Assembly (NCBI GenBank): GCA_012026655.1
Contig: JAAILG010001698.1
Location: forward strand, 1-63,477
DNA: 63,477 nucleotides
Source: Hydrolagus affinis
Taxonomy: Eukaryota
Reading direction: 5' to 3'
The translations under genes were made by a program, and so were the position numbers. This document shows positions 23,666 through 36,800 of the stretch, piece after piece. Numbering within the stretch: position 1 is the first letter of the stretch; each line of letters begins with the position of its first letter. The notes under the pieces are model-generated. The model was not told where the DNA came from, made no database searches, and worked only from the letters and a program-made list of their open reading frames with translations.

Positions 23666-26600
23666 CGAGTGGACACCATGAGGTGCCAAGACGTGCAGGA
23701 TAAATATCTCTTTTGCTTAGTGCCTCCCCACCTGATGTGGCTCAGTTCAAGTTTGCATTCACTTGTCCTCCGTGATGCAGCATTTATGTGCTTACCATCG
23801 TTGCCACTTTGTCAGCCCCCACTTTCATTTCAGTTCTCGTTTACTGCCTCTTTGTGAATTAGGCACTTTACCATAAGGTCCCATCTGGATCAGCCTTTAC
23901 TGGCACATGTTCTCACGGAGATACTGAAGTGGGATTTGAAGGTGCAAGCACATTTTGCGTCAACGCATGTGAAAATACTCCTTTTTATAGCGATTGAAAC
24001 TCAAATCATTTGGTTGGTAGGTATAAAGTATAGCATTTTGAACTCTGTTTAGAATGGCAGTTAAATTAACTGAGGTGAGAAAGATGCTGGAAATCTATAT
24101 CAGAACGAAGGTCAGCATCTGGAAGAGCAATGATCAATTCAAGCATGTCCTGAATCAGTCTGAGATAAACCTGTTGTGTTGCAGATGCAAGCTGATGGCC
24201 CCAGTGCCTCTTAAATTTATCTTCAATTCAAAATTAAGCATCTGTGAATCGTGATCTCTGGAGGCTCTTCGCTCGTGTTGTTTTGTTTTGGCTTCAGATT
24301 CAACATTATTATGCAAAGCTTCGTTTAAACAGCGGGAACAACTCTCGGTGGCGATTCTCAAAACAAAGGAGCAGTATACAAGTTTAACCATGAGTGCACA
24401 TCAGAAAATCTATTGAAACATTGACACAGCAACTACTGGCAGAAATTGCTGTGAATTACTGTTTTGCTGAAGCCTCTGAAAGTTGAAGTAATTGATGTGG
24501 TGAATCCTGTCAATGTCATGAGTTGCTGCTATTAGTACCCGAGTGCAGGTCACACGAGAATGTTGACTTTCACTTGGGAGCAAAGACATTTTGAATTTAG
24601 ACCAGTTCACTCATAAACTAGAAAATCTTAACTTATTTTATAGACTGTGGCTTTACAGAAATTTCAAGTGAGATTGGAGCACTGACTGTACAAACAAGAT
24701 TAGCGGAACCATGTAAATCCCACTGACAATGTGTCAGTTTCCATTTGGGAATTATTAACTGGAAACCGATAATCATTGATTAAGAGCACACAGACTGTTA
24801 CAGTAGCTGTAGGCTACTGTGATAAAGTCAGTATAAGTTATGGAATGGCCATTTCTAAACAGTAGTGCTTGATCTTTGCTCGTATCTTTATAATCCTTGC
24901 AATTGAAATAGCGCTTTCACTATATGTCCAGGCAGCCTCTAATTTTTTTCCCATCCCGTCTTATATATATTTTAAAAATATTTGTGTAATTGTGGCTGTG
25001 CTATCGTGAGGAAGCTGGTGCTTTCACACAAGGAGAGAAGTTCACTGTGATCTGTACATCTCCTGCCAATTGGTGAGAGAGTGCCTTGGCAGTGGCCTGA
25101 TCAACAATCACTAACTCTGTCATCTGCTGTGGAGATGAAAGAAAGATGGTGGAAAATCCCTCAAAACTCTTGGTGCTTTTAGTGTTTTTCTTCTTCTTTG
25201 TCTGTTTCTATTGCTTTCATCAGTTTTGATTGCGTCTTTCAAGGAACTAGCATTAAGGAATTACTGTACTGAGCCCAATTTTCAAGATTGTTTAGCAACA
25301 TTTTTCTGTGAACTGCTCCTGGGTCTGGTTGAAAGCTAACTGTGTTCTCCTGTGACCTACATGGGAAAAAAAGGAAAGAGGAGAATGGAAATCTGTGAAT
25401 GTGGCAATGTTTCTGTTTAATAATGAATATTGCCTGTCAAGTGAGTCACTATTTATTTATTCTGTAAATTTACATAGCAAAAGGCCACTCGAAACATACA
25501 GCTTGTCAAGTGCAATAGACTAACAAGAGTAAAAGTTTTTTTTAAATGTTAAAAATTTGTACTATGAATTCTGCTTCAGAGCTGATTCATGAACCAGTTT
25601 AACATTCCGGCTGCATCTGTCCTGTCCTTTTCTTCTGAAAAGTGCTGCTCTTCCCACATATCTGATTTAGCGACACATCAAAGCAGTTCTGTGATATCTA
25701 CAAGCTTTCATATAACTCAGAGATGGGAGGTCAATCCTATCTTTATTTAAATAAAAATACACTGTTGCAGACCCTTTGCAGTTTAGTCCAAGGAGCCAAT
25801 CCGTTTCAATAGTTCCTGGTCTACTCTGATCGCATCCAAAGCCGCATTTGTGGGGAGGGGATTAATCGACCATTGACTTACTGATCTGTATACCGGTCAC
25901 TGTGCTGGAAAGTGCATGTGTGTGGATCATAGGATTCGACGGCTGAGCCACTGTGCGGTTGAGAGCTTGTCAACACCCTAGAGAGGCTACCACCAGAGTT
26001 ACAGCCTATGGGGAGATGATCCTGTGGACCGTTCGTTACATAGCAAAATAAATTAAAACATCTTCTGCAGGGAGAAAGGTTGGCAACAAAGTGAGTGGGA
26101 GATTGAAGAGCATTTGTAGGTTCATATGCCAAGCCGAGTAGTATCACATTGGTTACTTTCTGTCACTGTTACCTGACTGTCTGACTGATCTACTTTGTTT
26201 TCCTTTTCCTCAACAGGGCGCTTTGCTCACTTTGGCTAAACCCTTACCTGGAGTTTAGGAACCTGATACGCTCGAAGTTTACCCAAAAAACTGAAATTTT
26301 CAGCAATGCGTTAAAAACAACAAAACATACAAAAAGCACCAATCGAAATTTCTGCATCGCATACTTGAATAAAGAAGGCTGTCCGGAACACTCGCCAGGT
26401 AGTAGGAAATTATAACCTTGGCCCCAGAACAATGGAATTACTGTACGAATTTGCAAAGCTGGTCTGGAGTGCAAAAGGGACTAGCCAAATGGAGCACGAT
26501 TGCTTTTTGGGTTTGAGGATGTTGTGCATAAAGACTTGTCCACAGATGAGATTCAAGGCGGCAACACAAATGGCGTAGAAGCAAAAGGGGGAGTAGAATT

Positions 26601-29068
26601 TCAGGTGTGTGGACAGAGTTCTGCAGATGCCAGAATGTAAAAGCTTTGAGTATCGGTGGGCTTGTAGTTGTGTCCATGGTGTGTTTTACACAGTGTCCAG
26701 TGTAGCCGGCGTGTTCTTGCTGATGTGTGTACTGACTCAAGCACGCTCCTGTTTTCTCCATCCCACTTTGTGACAGATGTTGCCAAAATTAAAAACAAAA
26801 CAAAAAACGACTCCCTCTCGTACTTTGGGGCCATGCTCCCTGTCAACTATTTTCGGACTGAGGGTTTCTCTGCACTAACGTTTAAATATGGACCCTGTTT
26901 CCTCAAACTCTGCAACCCTGTGACTATACCCCAGCACAGGCATCCTACAGGAACATCTAGAATCTTTTTTCAGGATCCTGGTGGAATTTTTATGGCTGAA
27001 GTCTCCTCTAAGTATCTTTTTACTCTGTCCCGCTGTTTAAGATATCCACTTTACTTCAGCATGTTATTTAGCCTGGATGTTCAGGTTGGTGTGTTAGTAA
27101 CAGCTGGAGAGAGAGGGGGAGAGAAAAGGAGAGAGAGAGAGAGTGTGTGGGTGGGGAGGTGGTCCTTTTGATTGTTGAGGTGTTTTGATATGGTGTATTA
27201 CGATGTTCAATAAACTGTTGAATTAGCATTTACATTAATTTGTATTAGATGAATGTGAACAGTTTTAAAAACAAATCCCTTTTCTAATTTTGTTTTTGAC
27301 AAATAGTCTTCACACATTAAAATACAGCACGGTGTGAGATTCTTACCACTCGCATTGACAACGACAACAAAATTATGTTTGTACAACGCCTTTCATGTCG
27401 GGAGGACGTCCCAAGGCGCTGAAACTGGCTTCTAGCAAGTCTCAGGAAATGGAATGGCTGAGATGTGGGGTTAGGTTGCCACTTTTATTTTACTGGCAAC
27501 ATTGATCTTAAACAGCCAGATTATAGCGGTAAGAGTTCTGGCATGTATCCACCCTCAATTGAGGTACTGTTGCTGCTATTCAGTGATGTGTTTACAGGTT
27601 GACAGGAATAACATAAGCCAGGGTTCAAAGCACTCAACTCTCCAGTGATCTCAGATAGTGCCAGGAAGCTTTCACTGGGGATGATCCTGACAGCTTGGTA
27701 GAGATGCCCAAATTGAAACATTTGGGATTGAATTCCCTTCCTCGCTGCAGCGTTTGCTGGTTAAACAAAACAGTTTATTTTAACTGGCGTTTGATTGTGA
27801 GCGACCGATTAAACAAAGTGACTGACTGACTGACTAGAGGTAGTGTTTTAAAAGAAGGGGAAACATTTTTGGGATAGCAAATCAGTTAAGTGAATGATGA
27901 CCACTTGTCACCAGCATATCCCAAGTGGTGTTCGGTAGTGGTTTTCAGAATTATTAAACCCGAGTTTGCACTAGTGGTCAACGAACATATATTTGGAACT
28001 GCTGGCAGCAGCATTGGGTAATTCAAGTCACTGCATGAACGGTCTCAGTTCAAGAGCAATGCTTTTTTTCCCCCCTGAAATGTGAGTAGACCATAGGACT
28101 TCTTGGAAACTGTACAGTCATTGTGAAATTAATGTGTTGATGTGATGGGTGGCGGGGTTTCTCATGTTAGACAGCAATTGACTTGCAAAGCAGGGTGGTG
28201 TCGCGGCTGTTTTGCTGTGCGTTTTTGTTCTGGTCTGCTTTACACTCCTCTATTTCTGTAAGCATTTCATGGTCTATCGTGTCTTTAAATGACTTGGGTT
28301 AGAAGGTCGCATTGATAAAGTAAGTCCCGTGAGGTGATCGGTCTTGGATTGAAAGATGTTCACATTTCAGGTATATACAGTATAAACAGTGAAGCAGGAA
28401 TTTACTCCTTTTTTTTTAAACTTGGATTTCAAGATGTTGGATGATGCACAGTACATTCAGATTGCACTTTTTATTATAATTTTTTTGTATATATATTTTT
28501 CAGGTGACTGAACGCTTTTGCACTTCTTTAATCCGATGCAGATTCTCACCTGGCTCGATGGCCTTTTTAGATTATTTTCCCCCCAAGACATCACACCCAG
28601 CTCCTTGCTCACTCTTAATGTTTTAACATCCAATTCTGGAGTCATTTATATTCAGTCTCTTTGGGTTTTGCTGTCATAGTGCCTTGAGTTCAAACAACAT
28701 TTTGATTTTTTTTATTGAGCTTTGAGGAAGGTAATGGTGGTGCGATTGGTGGGATTGTAATGGTGGGATTTCATTGTGGTCAGATCTCAGTCACCTCTCC
28801 CTTTTATTTTTTTTCAGCCCATATCAACCTAATGTTTCCAGAAATGGAAACCTAATAATTCCTTAATAATAACTTCCATTCGGAAGGTCAACGGTAGGAA
28901 TCCCATCCCCACTCATTCCCTGCCCCTCACAGATTGTTTCCCAACCATTATCTGGCCAGTAACTGCTGAGAAGATGGTCACTTGTGTTTTTCTTTCAAAC
29001 AGTTTGCTTGAACCATGAGCCACTGCCCAGATTGTTATCCAGGCTAAACTGGAGCATGTACAGTATTT

Positions 29069-29310
29069 GGGGGGCACTCGATAGTCCGAAAGTTCGATAG
29101 TCCGAACAAACAAATTTCCTATACCCGAGGCGGTTACCGTGGTTACCGCTCGATAATCCGAACCGGCAATGAAATAAGGTTCGTTAATCCGAACATTTGG
29201 TGCAATTGTCCGAAGATTCATTAGTCCAAAGTTTAGGGTTAAGGGACTAACGAACCTTTGGATTAATGAACCTTCGGACTAATGGACCTTCGGACTATCG
29301 AGCGGTAACC
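29069..29310. mobile_element. Small non-autonomous TIR DNA transposon (MULE/Merlin-like), copy 1
   Basis: Flanked by the 8-bp direct repeat CAGTATTT (29061-29068 and 29311-29318). Subterminal inverted CTCGATAGTCCGAA/TTCGGACTATCGAG, about 15-bp tandem units, internal TTAGGG-like motif. Confidence 0.85.
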
Positions 29311-29334
29311 CAGTATTTAACTGCTTGTCTACAA

Positions 29335-29352
29335 GGGCGCCACCTGGTAGTT
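29335..29352 (-). promoter_or_regulatory. Candidate CTCF site
   Basis: Reverse complement AACTACCAGGTGGCGCCC matches the CTCF core. Motif match only. Confidence 0.35.
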
Positions 29353-32300
29353 CAGTTTGGTAAAGGTTAGTCTCCACTTCAGCGTAGTTTGTTCAAACCA
29401 TGTTAAAACATGTGGTTGTTAAAACAGATTAATTGGGTTACACCGCGACACCATTCATAAAATGTACATGGTGTAGATTTTAAAAGGGTGGGAGTTCTAG
29501 TAAGCCTTTAGAACTAGGTAACTTCTTAAGCAAATCTTTAATTAGTTTGAAATACTGGCATGAAATGAGAGCCTGAAGCGCGAGTAGCATTGAGTCTTTA
29601 CAGGTGAGGGAGGTTTCACAAACACTGCAATGTGTGAAATAAACCCAGCGGTGCCCAGAGTGAAGCCTTCTGCAGATACGCGTGACTATATTTTTTTAAA
29701 AGGAAGTAGTGAAATAGCAACATTACTTATATCAATTAGCTTTGCCAAGTTTCTCTCTTTCCTAAAGCCATTTGACTACTTTCCCTTCAGGCTGAGGTAT
29801 GGTTCGATGGCTAGAAAAGCGCTCCAGTATCTCATTCAACTGACCATTCCTAGAATTATAGAAAGGTACAGCACGGAAACGGGCTGTTTGGTCCTATGCG
29901 AAAACCTTTTCCAAGAAGGGTTTAATTTCTAGTAGAGACTTGAATTTGTCTTCCGAGCTAACACAGGAAGAGAGTTTGTGGGGGCAATTACTGTTGCTTA
30001 AACCTCACTCGATCTGTGCAGGTGTCAGTTGTGTCTGCAAGGTGACAACGGTTCTTATTGTCATTGGTGAAAACGAGCAGTGAGAGGCTGAGAGATCCTG
30101 CCCGTAGGTTTGGGGGGAGGAATGCAACTTGCATCCCATTATGAATTCAGATTTTAATGATATTTGGATAGCGCCGTTCACGTCGGGAGGACGTGCCAAG
30201 CCGCTGAATGAAAGTGGCCAAACTAGAGTAACTTTAGTAACCAGAGGGATCCCTCCTAAAGCTATAGAATTCCACCACAGACCACGTTCCCCCCCCCACC
30301 CTCCACCCCCCCTCCCCCGCCCCCCCCCCACACACAAATACATGTAGGTCCGACCCCAGAATCCCCAACATGGTTTCTTAATCTCTGCTGGACCATCAAA
30401 CCAGAGCAGAGACTGGTCATTTTCCCCCACAAGAAAGGGAGTGGAGATAGCACATCGTGGACGCAAGCCCTCGTTCATGTACGTCAGGAGCAATTGTGCC
30501 TAGAGAATGGTGCACATGGTAGGGACACCTTCAGGAGAAGTATTAAGTGGAAAATCTATTAATAATTAGCCATAAAAGCTGTGCTCAAGTGGTGGAAAAT
30601 GCAATCTGAACACCACATGCATCACCACCTTTACTAACGTGTTTTCTCCCTTAACGTTTTGTTCGTATAACAATTAATTTATAAAGGCGGTTTTGATCCC
30701 TGATGCACTGAGTAATCCTGATAGACGGGAGTGTGAAATGCGCAAGTAGTTTATTGATGAAAATTCAGTTCAGTCAGCTTTCTATTTTAAGTTTATTTTC
30801 ATTATTTTGCTGTCTTCCACACAAGTGACTGGCCTTATGTGGCTCTTATCTGTCCCTAAGGCTGTCATACTTACAGTCTGCAATTACCATCAGTTTCGCA
30901 GAAACCAAACCTGCATTGAGGTCTAAGGCACTTGTGGGTTTTTTTTACACATCCGTTCTATACATTCAGGGCTCCTGACTTAACGGCATGTATAGCAATG
31001 TATCCAGGACACCAATGGGTTGGAACCCAAACTGACCACTGCAACGACTCCATTTTATACATTTGTCATTATCTCGCTGCTCCAACAAGCACCATAAGAA
31101 TGTCAATAGATAGGGGGGGAGTGTGTGGGGGTGGGGGAGGAGAGAGAAGAGGGAACAGCAAGTTTCCATCAGTCAGAACTATAAACAAGGCATGTGTTCA
31201 ATGGATTTGCAGTGTCTGTGCTGTGACAGTGATGCTGCCTTATTTAGTAATAGTGTTAATATCCATGTCCATCTGTGGCCCTCCTCTGAAATAAATGATG
31301 AGTTGGACGTGCTCTCCTCTCCCCCTTCGCCAGGTGATTGTCTGCATCCGATTAAAAACCTAGATCCTAGCCTTTTCAGACTAACGCTTAAGAAATACGG
31401 AACGGTTGCTTGGATTTTAAGCGGTTTTTTTTCTCTCAAGAAAACAGAACAGCGGAATCGAAAGTGGACTTTTCGAAGATGAAATGCTGTATCATTACTG
31501 TGTGTCATTATTTGACCTGAAAGTCAATTTTTTAAAAGACTTGAATAAAAAGGGGGTTAATAATGTTTAAACGAACAAGTGTATTTTACACTATGCACTG
31601 TCAGCCAGCCAGCCAGCAGGCTTTCACCAAGTTCCAATGTGGACAGATTGGATTTTGTTTGTAATGCAGTTTCTTGAACAATGTTATATGTTTACAGGCA
31701 CATTTATTGCTTTTTATATTAAATTTACCGAGTGGACGTTGATCTGAGATTAACACCAAAAAAAATTCATTTGAAACGGACAATAACCTGTATGTTGATG
31801 TAAAATATGTATTTCAAAATTATGGAAAATAAAATCTACACAACATTCCCACAATTACATCGTAAGCTTTATTGTGAAGTTTTGGAGTACGTTAAACCCA
31901 ATTTGTTTCTTTCTCCCGTTCAAAACAAAATTCCTGTTAATGTGGCTTGGTGTTATGGTGTGGATCAACTTTTATATCTCGCTTAATGTTGTTTGTTCAT
32001 TCCTTGTCGATTGGGAGACGAGATCGCCTAAATCAAACACCACGTGACCTGGCCTAAAAGGAGACATTTTACCTCCATACTTGGAGGATTGAGGTACCAC
32101 TGAGATGGGAGATACTGAAAGAGATGAAACAACATGCTGGCAGACCAAGGTGCTGAATTGTGGAGCACTGGGACACAGGCTCATTGTTTTCCCAGAGGGT
32201 GAGTTCCTTGCCTCTGTTATTACAGGGAGACAAGCCTCACTGCTAAATAAAGATCAACCCAGGAACATCCATTGCTAAATTCAAGCTTCTTTTCAGTAGA

Positions 32301-33405
32301 AGCATTACATAAAGTTAACTAAGGTAAGTACACTTCAAAGTAGTTGCTATAAAGGCATTTGGACGTGGTGAGGGAGTGTAAAAATACAAGTTCCTAGTCG
32401 ATTCCCAATTTGTTTTGCACCATCTTTAAAATTCTGAACTTCCAAAGCTTGAATCGTCCCATAAAACTCCTGTGGTGATCAATGTGAGGGGCTCTCTCTC
32501 CAGCACTGAATACTGAAGTGAAGCAGTTGAGGAGGACCTCGTCCACACAGGAGTAAAGTCCTGTTTAGACACGGTTCCAGCTGCCCGTAAATGCAGTGAT
32601 GGAAACCAACTGCGCAATTAAATCAGTCGACTGGGCTTATTTTTATAATTCTTGATATTTCACATCACACACAGTTGAATTATTGGAACTGTTTCAAAGT
32701 ATTTTTTGCACATTGGATGCCACCGATGTGAGCACAACGATGCCATTGTGTCAGCACCTCCTGACTCAGGCAGGACTGCTACCAAGTGAGTTGCCTGACT
32801 GACATATGTAAACGAATATTCAAAGCTTCCCATTGTAAGAGACGGCATTGAGAAGTCAGCAGTCACAAAGGGATGGAACAACAATAATTTCTGCTGCTCG
32901 CTGCTTCGACTTCTCACACACTCGAGTTACTATCTTTAGATGTATGTATGTAGGCGTTCAATGTGTGCAGTCGGATGTGGCCACGGCAAAAGAGTAGACT
33001 GGACACACTTAATACATTTAATATCTACAATCAATGGAAGTACAATTAGTACCAGTTACTGCGCTGTGCTTGTGTGCGGGTGGAATAATAGATGCTACAT
33101 TTCTATTCATTTGTCAGTGAAACGTTAAAAACCCCCAGTAAATCAGTGCAATTGCATCTGCACTACCATCACATCGTGTGTCTTTCCTCTTGGTCTTTGA
33201 CATAGTTTTGATTTGGAGCAAAAATCTGTTCCGAATTGAGCCATTTCCAAAGAGAAACCCTTTTTACTGGACTTTTAGTGTACGGTATTGAACTTTAGGA
33301 GAGATCCCTTTCCAATCACCCTTTTCTCGACTTTGGGTGTGATACAACCAGCAAGTCAATTAATAGATAAACCAAATCAAATTTGGTAACTTTTCAAATG
33401 AGCAT

Positions 33406-33411
33406 TTTATT
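33406..33411 (-). terminator. Candidate proximal LDHD poly(A) signal (AATAAA on minus); distal alternative at 31868-31873
   Basis: TTTATT on plus, about 260 nt past the LDHD stop. Confidence 0.45.
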
Positions 33412-33419
33412 AAATGGTC

Positions 33420-33570
33420 AAATTTTCAAGGCTGAGGTGGATAGAGTTTTGCGAGGTAAGGATATCGGGGGATGTGGGGCGAAAGTGGGTAATTGGGGTT
33501 GAGGTACACATCAGCCATGATCTCAGGCTTGAGGGGCTGAATGACCTAGTCCTGTGCCTATGATACGTAA
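33420..33570 (+). mobile_element. CR1 LINE 3' end inside the LDHD 3'UTR (antisense to LDHD)
   Basis: TTCAAGGCTGAGGTGGATAGA...ATCAGCCATGATC...GGCTTGAGGGGCTGAATGACCTAGTCCTG, the same tail as 38925-38980 and 48920-49170. Confidence 0.75.
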
Positions 33571-33671
33571 TAGAGAACAAATCAGTGCAGTTATAGTTAG
33601 TGGATTGTGGTGATTTGAGTTGGCAAGAAATAAACTTATTAACGCGTGGATTCAGTATCGTTCCAAATGTG

Positions 33672-33855
33672 TCAGCATTCTGAAGCAAGCTTCAGCACTT
33701 TCCCAGGATTCATGATGTTCTTGGGATCCAGTGTGGCCTTGATGTCGCTCATGACCTGCACGCCGATGTCCCCCATCTCTTCGATAAGCAGCTGCTGCTT
33801 GCCCAAGCCTATGCCGTGCTCCCCAGTGCAGGTCCCGTGCATTGCTAGAGCTCGC
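33672..33855 (-). CDS. LDHD: LDHD exon 11 ([19 protein letters not shown]...[13 protein letters not shown])
   Basis: CACGCAG acceptor, 184 bp to TGA, contains the GEHG metal-binding motif. Confidence 0.95.
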
Positions 33856-36800
33856 CTGCGTGTGTGAGTGTGTGCGTGCAAGAGAGAGAGAGGGAGGTGA
33901 TAAAAACGGAAGGTGACATTTAAGTCAAGAATTCAGTCCACGTGTATTTGCAGCTATGCTGGTATGCGAACCAACAGTCCTCAAGGCAAATTGTTTGCTT
34001 ACTTTGCAGCCATTTGGGGGATCTTGCGTTGTGCAAACCTGCTGCACTTGCCAACAATTCCACATGTAAATGTAATGATTTGTTACACCCCAGAGAATTG
34101 TGCAATCATACGCCAGCGTAATTTCACGCATAATATTTTCAGCTGCATAATATTACATAGGTATGTAATGGCCAAACTGCCTGATACCTCCCCCTCTCCG
34201 TCTCTCTTCCTGTCACTCTCTCCGCTGACTCCAGAATGCGACAGGAAGAGAGCGGATATGGCAACGGAGATATGACTCCTAAATAAAAGCATATAAATAA
34301 CAGTAAAGCGAAGTATCAATAGAAAATGGATGAAAACTGGCCTCCATGTCTTTCAAAAGAGGCTACAGTAGTGTTATCTGTATCGAAATGTTTTTAAAGT
34401 GTAATGTTTGCACAATCTTCATATCATTTTAAATTTTTCTGCGCAGGATTCCCTGAGGGATAGACTTGTCTCAGTACCTGGCCAGTCTGCTGGTGAACTC
34501 TTGCACCCGCTTGCTCTCCCCCTCATCCTCGGGATCCAGCAACATCAGGCAATGGAAGTTGCCATCTCCTACGTGGCCTGCGATGGGGCCTGGGGTTGTG
34601 AATGAGAGGGTGTTAGCAATGGACGTTAACATGGGAGACAGAGACACGAGTGGGAGCTCGTTCCGATGGCTTTTAATGAATTTATTCAGTGAGCGCTGCT
34701 CCTCCTCTCCATCCCCCTCAGTGAGAGCTGCCTCTTGACAACAGCTTATATTTATTTGTATAAATTGTATTGAAGCATTGCCCTGCCCCTCTCACAGTGT
34801 TTCCCCCACCAACACCCCTCCATCACCCCACCCATTGAACAGTATCTCTGACTAACTGACCTGTAAGCTTTGACTTCACCAAATCTTCTTTTGTAGCTAC
34901 AATTATTTCGGGCAGTTTGGAGAGTGGGACACAGACATCTGTTGAGTAAACCTGAAAACAAGGAAAACAGGTTATATTGTGTACCATGTGTATCATAATA
35001 ATCCTTGCATTTGATATATCACGTCTCCGAGATGCCTCAAAGCGCTTCACAGAATATACTGAATATGTAAAGTGAATTAATTGTATATTTTATGGGTGAA
35101 ACATGGCAGCCATTTGCGTACAGCAGTGTCCCACAAACAGTCAACGATTGAATGACCAAATTATTCTTTTTTTAAGGGATTATCATCCCCGGAAAAGCGA
35201 TCCACCAGCCAATTACTGCTAGTGAACAGAAGCATGTGGAGTAACGAAACTTGCCCAATGTTTCACACTGCCCGAGAATCGAACCCAGGTCCTATCGCTT
35301 GCGCGGCGAGTGCTCTGACGACTGATCTACGGGTTCCAAGGGTCAGATTCTGGCGTGTGGCTCTGGCCGGGCGGGTGGGGAATGTGGCTGGAGGGCCGAG
35401 CTCACCTTGCAGCCGGGCCTCAGGGCCAGAGCAGAGTACAGGGCATTGTGCCGAGCCTGCCACAGCCTGCTCCGCGTCTCCACGTCCCGCGCCCAGGAGA
35501 AGTCTGAGCCGCTGTTCTCTTTCACTATTCTCTCTGCGGGAGGAACACAGGAAGAGGCAGGAAGAACAGTGTGTAACATAGCAGGTGAGGTAGCATTTGT
35601 CCTACATGCTAAATCTAGTGTCTAATTATCTCTAAATTTCTTCCCTTTGGCACATGCCGCCCTGACTCTATAGTGGAGGGTAAGCCTTCTCTCTCCCACC
35701 CGCAGACACGGCATAGACTGGGATTTGAACCAGTGAGTTCCTGGGTTTGTGAGCTGAAGTTCTACCCCCTGCACGATGGTTAAATGTTCTTTACTGAGTT
35801 TCCCACGGCTTGGGCAATGAGTGGATCATCAATGGTTACCGCAGGACTTTCTGTCTAATGGTCCTGGGTACAGATGTGAGGCGTCTTCCACCATCCACTC
35901 TGTCCTTGCTGATGAGCTCCAATGAAATAGAGCTGTGATCACCTAATGGGAGTGTCTGTAGGGTGAAGACGGTTTCTATTAGATCTCATCAGATCTCACG
36001 AGATCACGGGATTGGTCTGGATGAAAAAAGCCTTTCGACTCAAACAATCTCATTATTCCAGAACCACCCACTCTACTGTCGTTCTCCCCCACCTCCCCCC
36101 CTTCACATCACTGGGCAATCTATTGCAGGCATTAATCAATCTCTCGGTGAAGCAGAATTTCCTGATGTCTGTCCCGAAATTGCCCTTTGCAACCATAAAC
36201 CTGTGTCCTCTTGGTGTCTGCTATCTTGGTGCACAGGGAAGCAGGGGAAGGGGCACGAAGAGGGGAGGGGGCACACAAGGAGGGGAGGGTGAAGAGGGGA
36301 GGAAGGCAGGAGAGCAACTAGGGACTCTAATCCTGTGTAGAGGGTCCTCAGCCAAACGTACAGAGCCTTCCACATCAGAAAGACATCCGAAGTCGCTATA
36401 GCAGCTAAGAGAGCATTACTCCACCTGTCACATGGATTTGATCTTCCAAGCTCCTCTCTGTCCCGTGGAATTCCAGGAAGAGCGTGGAGGTCTCGGTGTA
36501 GTTGAGATTGCTGTAGGTGTTACAGGCCCCAATCATCACATCATCCAGGAACTCTGAGGAGCAGAGAAACTGCAGCCTTCAGTCAACCCACTTGATTTGC
36601 AAGCTGCCTTTCTACCAGGTAAAGATACAGTCGTGTCTGCGTGTGACACTCGTTGATAGTCTTAGTCCCCTCTTCCATTCCAAGTCAGCCATGGCATTCC
36701 GATGTGCCAGACGGAAGAGCATCGAGTGAATGGGTTTCTCTATCCCAGTTTGCAACAAGCAGCACTGCTCCATTCGATGGTGTTCAATGCTACGGATTAG

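Larger units (their letters stand above)
26217..31855 (+). other. ZNRF1: Probable ZNRF1 terminal 3'UTR exon with alternative poly(A) signals
   Basis: Strong acceptor CTGACTGATCTACTTTGTTTTCCTTTTCCTCAACAG|G at 26216/26217, TE-poor AU-rich sequence, AATAAA at 27209-27214, 31544-31549 and 31828-31833. The extent is inferred. Confidence 0.55.

Noticed and set aside
25081-25125. TGGCAGTG plus CAATCACTAACTC, resembling miR-34 5p and 3p arms
   Set aside because: The two pieces are only about 10 nt apart and do not form a pre-miRNA-length hairpin. Probably chance; a miRBase or Rfam search would settle it.
26668-27171. 167-aa plus-strand ORF
   Set aside because: Non-ATG start, no recognisable domain, and it lies in the probable ZNRF1 3'UTR.
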